Assembly: GCF_018350175.1 (NCBI RefSeq)
Contig: NC_058368.1
Coordinates: 84,384,001 to 84,448,000, forward strand
Direction of reading: 5' to 3'
Length of the DNA stretch: 64,000 nucleotides
Source: Felis catus
Taxonomy: Eukaryota
A program made the translations under genes and the position numbers. This document shows positions 63,130 through 64,000 of the stretch, piece by piece (position 1 is the stretch's first letter; each line of letters begins with the position of its first letter). The notes beneath the pieces were generated by a model, which worked only from the letters and a program-made list of their open reading frames with translations, was not told the DNA's origin and made no database searches.

Positions 63130-64000
63130 TGACTGTTTGTTAAGAGAAGTTTGATAGAAAAAAATATTTAAAAAGATAACAAATTAAAAATACAAAAAAT
63201 AAAATATAAAAATTTGCTCCTCTTTGTCCAGGAAACAAACACACAAACAAGCAAAAAAAAAAAAGAAAAAAACAAAGGAAGATCAATTGTTTCCTCTAGA
63301 GCCAAAGATTTTCACCAATCTATGATTAGTAGACCTAGTACATGGAAAGTATTTGTGCTATTTATCTTGGTGGGCAGGGGGTGGGGGTTGCTGGTGCTCT
63401 GATTCTCAGGCCTTCTTGCCCTAGGGGAGATGTGCTTGGAGGATAAGAGGGGTGGAGCTTGGTGTAAGGGCTCTTGTACTCCCCTTGATGGCACTGTTTA
63501 GCTCACAGAGGTTGGTGTTGGTGGGCTAGGGATGGAAAACCTGCCTTCATCCTGTCTGTATCTGAGCTGTCTGCCAGTCAGGTTGTGCTGCCCTCCTGGG
63601 TTCTATCTCATGTTTCTAAAGCCCACACTTCAGACACCCCTGTAAGCCTGGACTCAAGCTGATCCTCTGGGAGAGGGTCTTGCTGCACTGTGGCAGGTAC
63701 TGATTTGTCCCAGAAAGCAATCGTGCAACTGCACAGTGGCAGTAGCTCAGAGTTTATGATAAATTGCAACACACAGCCAGTACCAGTGTTCGCTGCCCTC
63801 AGCCAGCGTCTTTGTTCCTATACTGGTGAACAGGACAGCACTATGGTGCCCACCATGTCTTATGCTTGTAGACAGGCCTTACCACCTCTACCAAATGTAC
63901 TCCAACAGGGGAACCGCTTCTCTTTGTGTGACCCAGAGGATCCTCAGAGCTTGCTGCCATTTTCGGGTTTCTACCCTGCTTCCTCACCAGAGCACTGCCA
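63130..64000 (-). mobile_element. L1 5'UTR of another carnivore L1 subfamily (runs off the window)
   Basis: Inverted similarity to the 5'UTR at about 32850-33750 (e.g. ggagcttggtgtaa, gcaacacacagccagtaccag, ggggaaccgcttctc). Confidence 0.65.

Noticed and set aside
50750..63131. tcctatcttt / tcttatcctt as the TSD of the L1 at 50758-63128
   Set aside because: Only 8/10 match in low-complexity sequence, and the presumed host does not resume collinearly, so the nesting order is left unresolved

Overview
This is mammalian genomic DNA from a feliform carnivore, most likely a felid, judged from the SINEC_Fc-type Can-SINEs and carnivore/felid-type L1s. The window is mostly nested retroelements: L1s (several near full length, all with broken ORFs), about 22 Can-SINEs, ERV/MaLR LTRs, a Tigger2-type DNA transposon, and L2/MIR relics. 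I can support no intact protein-coding gene. The only clearly functional genes are two adjacent tRNAs in a CpG-rich island: intron-containing tRNA-Leu(CAA) at 10240-10345 and tRNA-Glu(CTC) at 10613-10684. There are two processed retrocopies on the minus strand. NANOG (about 6212-7975) sits inside an LTR and still has a homeodomain-spanning open frame kept open by compensating frameshifts. B3GALNT1 (18028-20502) is disabled and sits inside an L1 with a 14-bp target-site duplication (TSD). The most notable structural observations are an apparent 1.1-kb L1 3' transduction, a 5'-intact but 3'-truncated L1 flanked by a TSD, and a possible decayed third tRNA. I did not find convincing evidence for a wholly new biological system. 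Repeat subfamily names come from recalled consensus sequences, and repeat boundaries are approximate unless a TSD is quoted.
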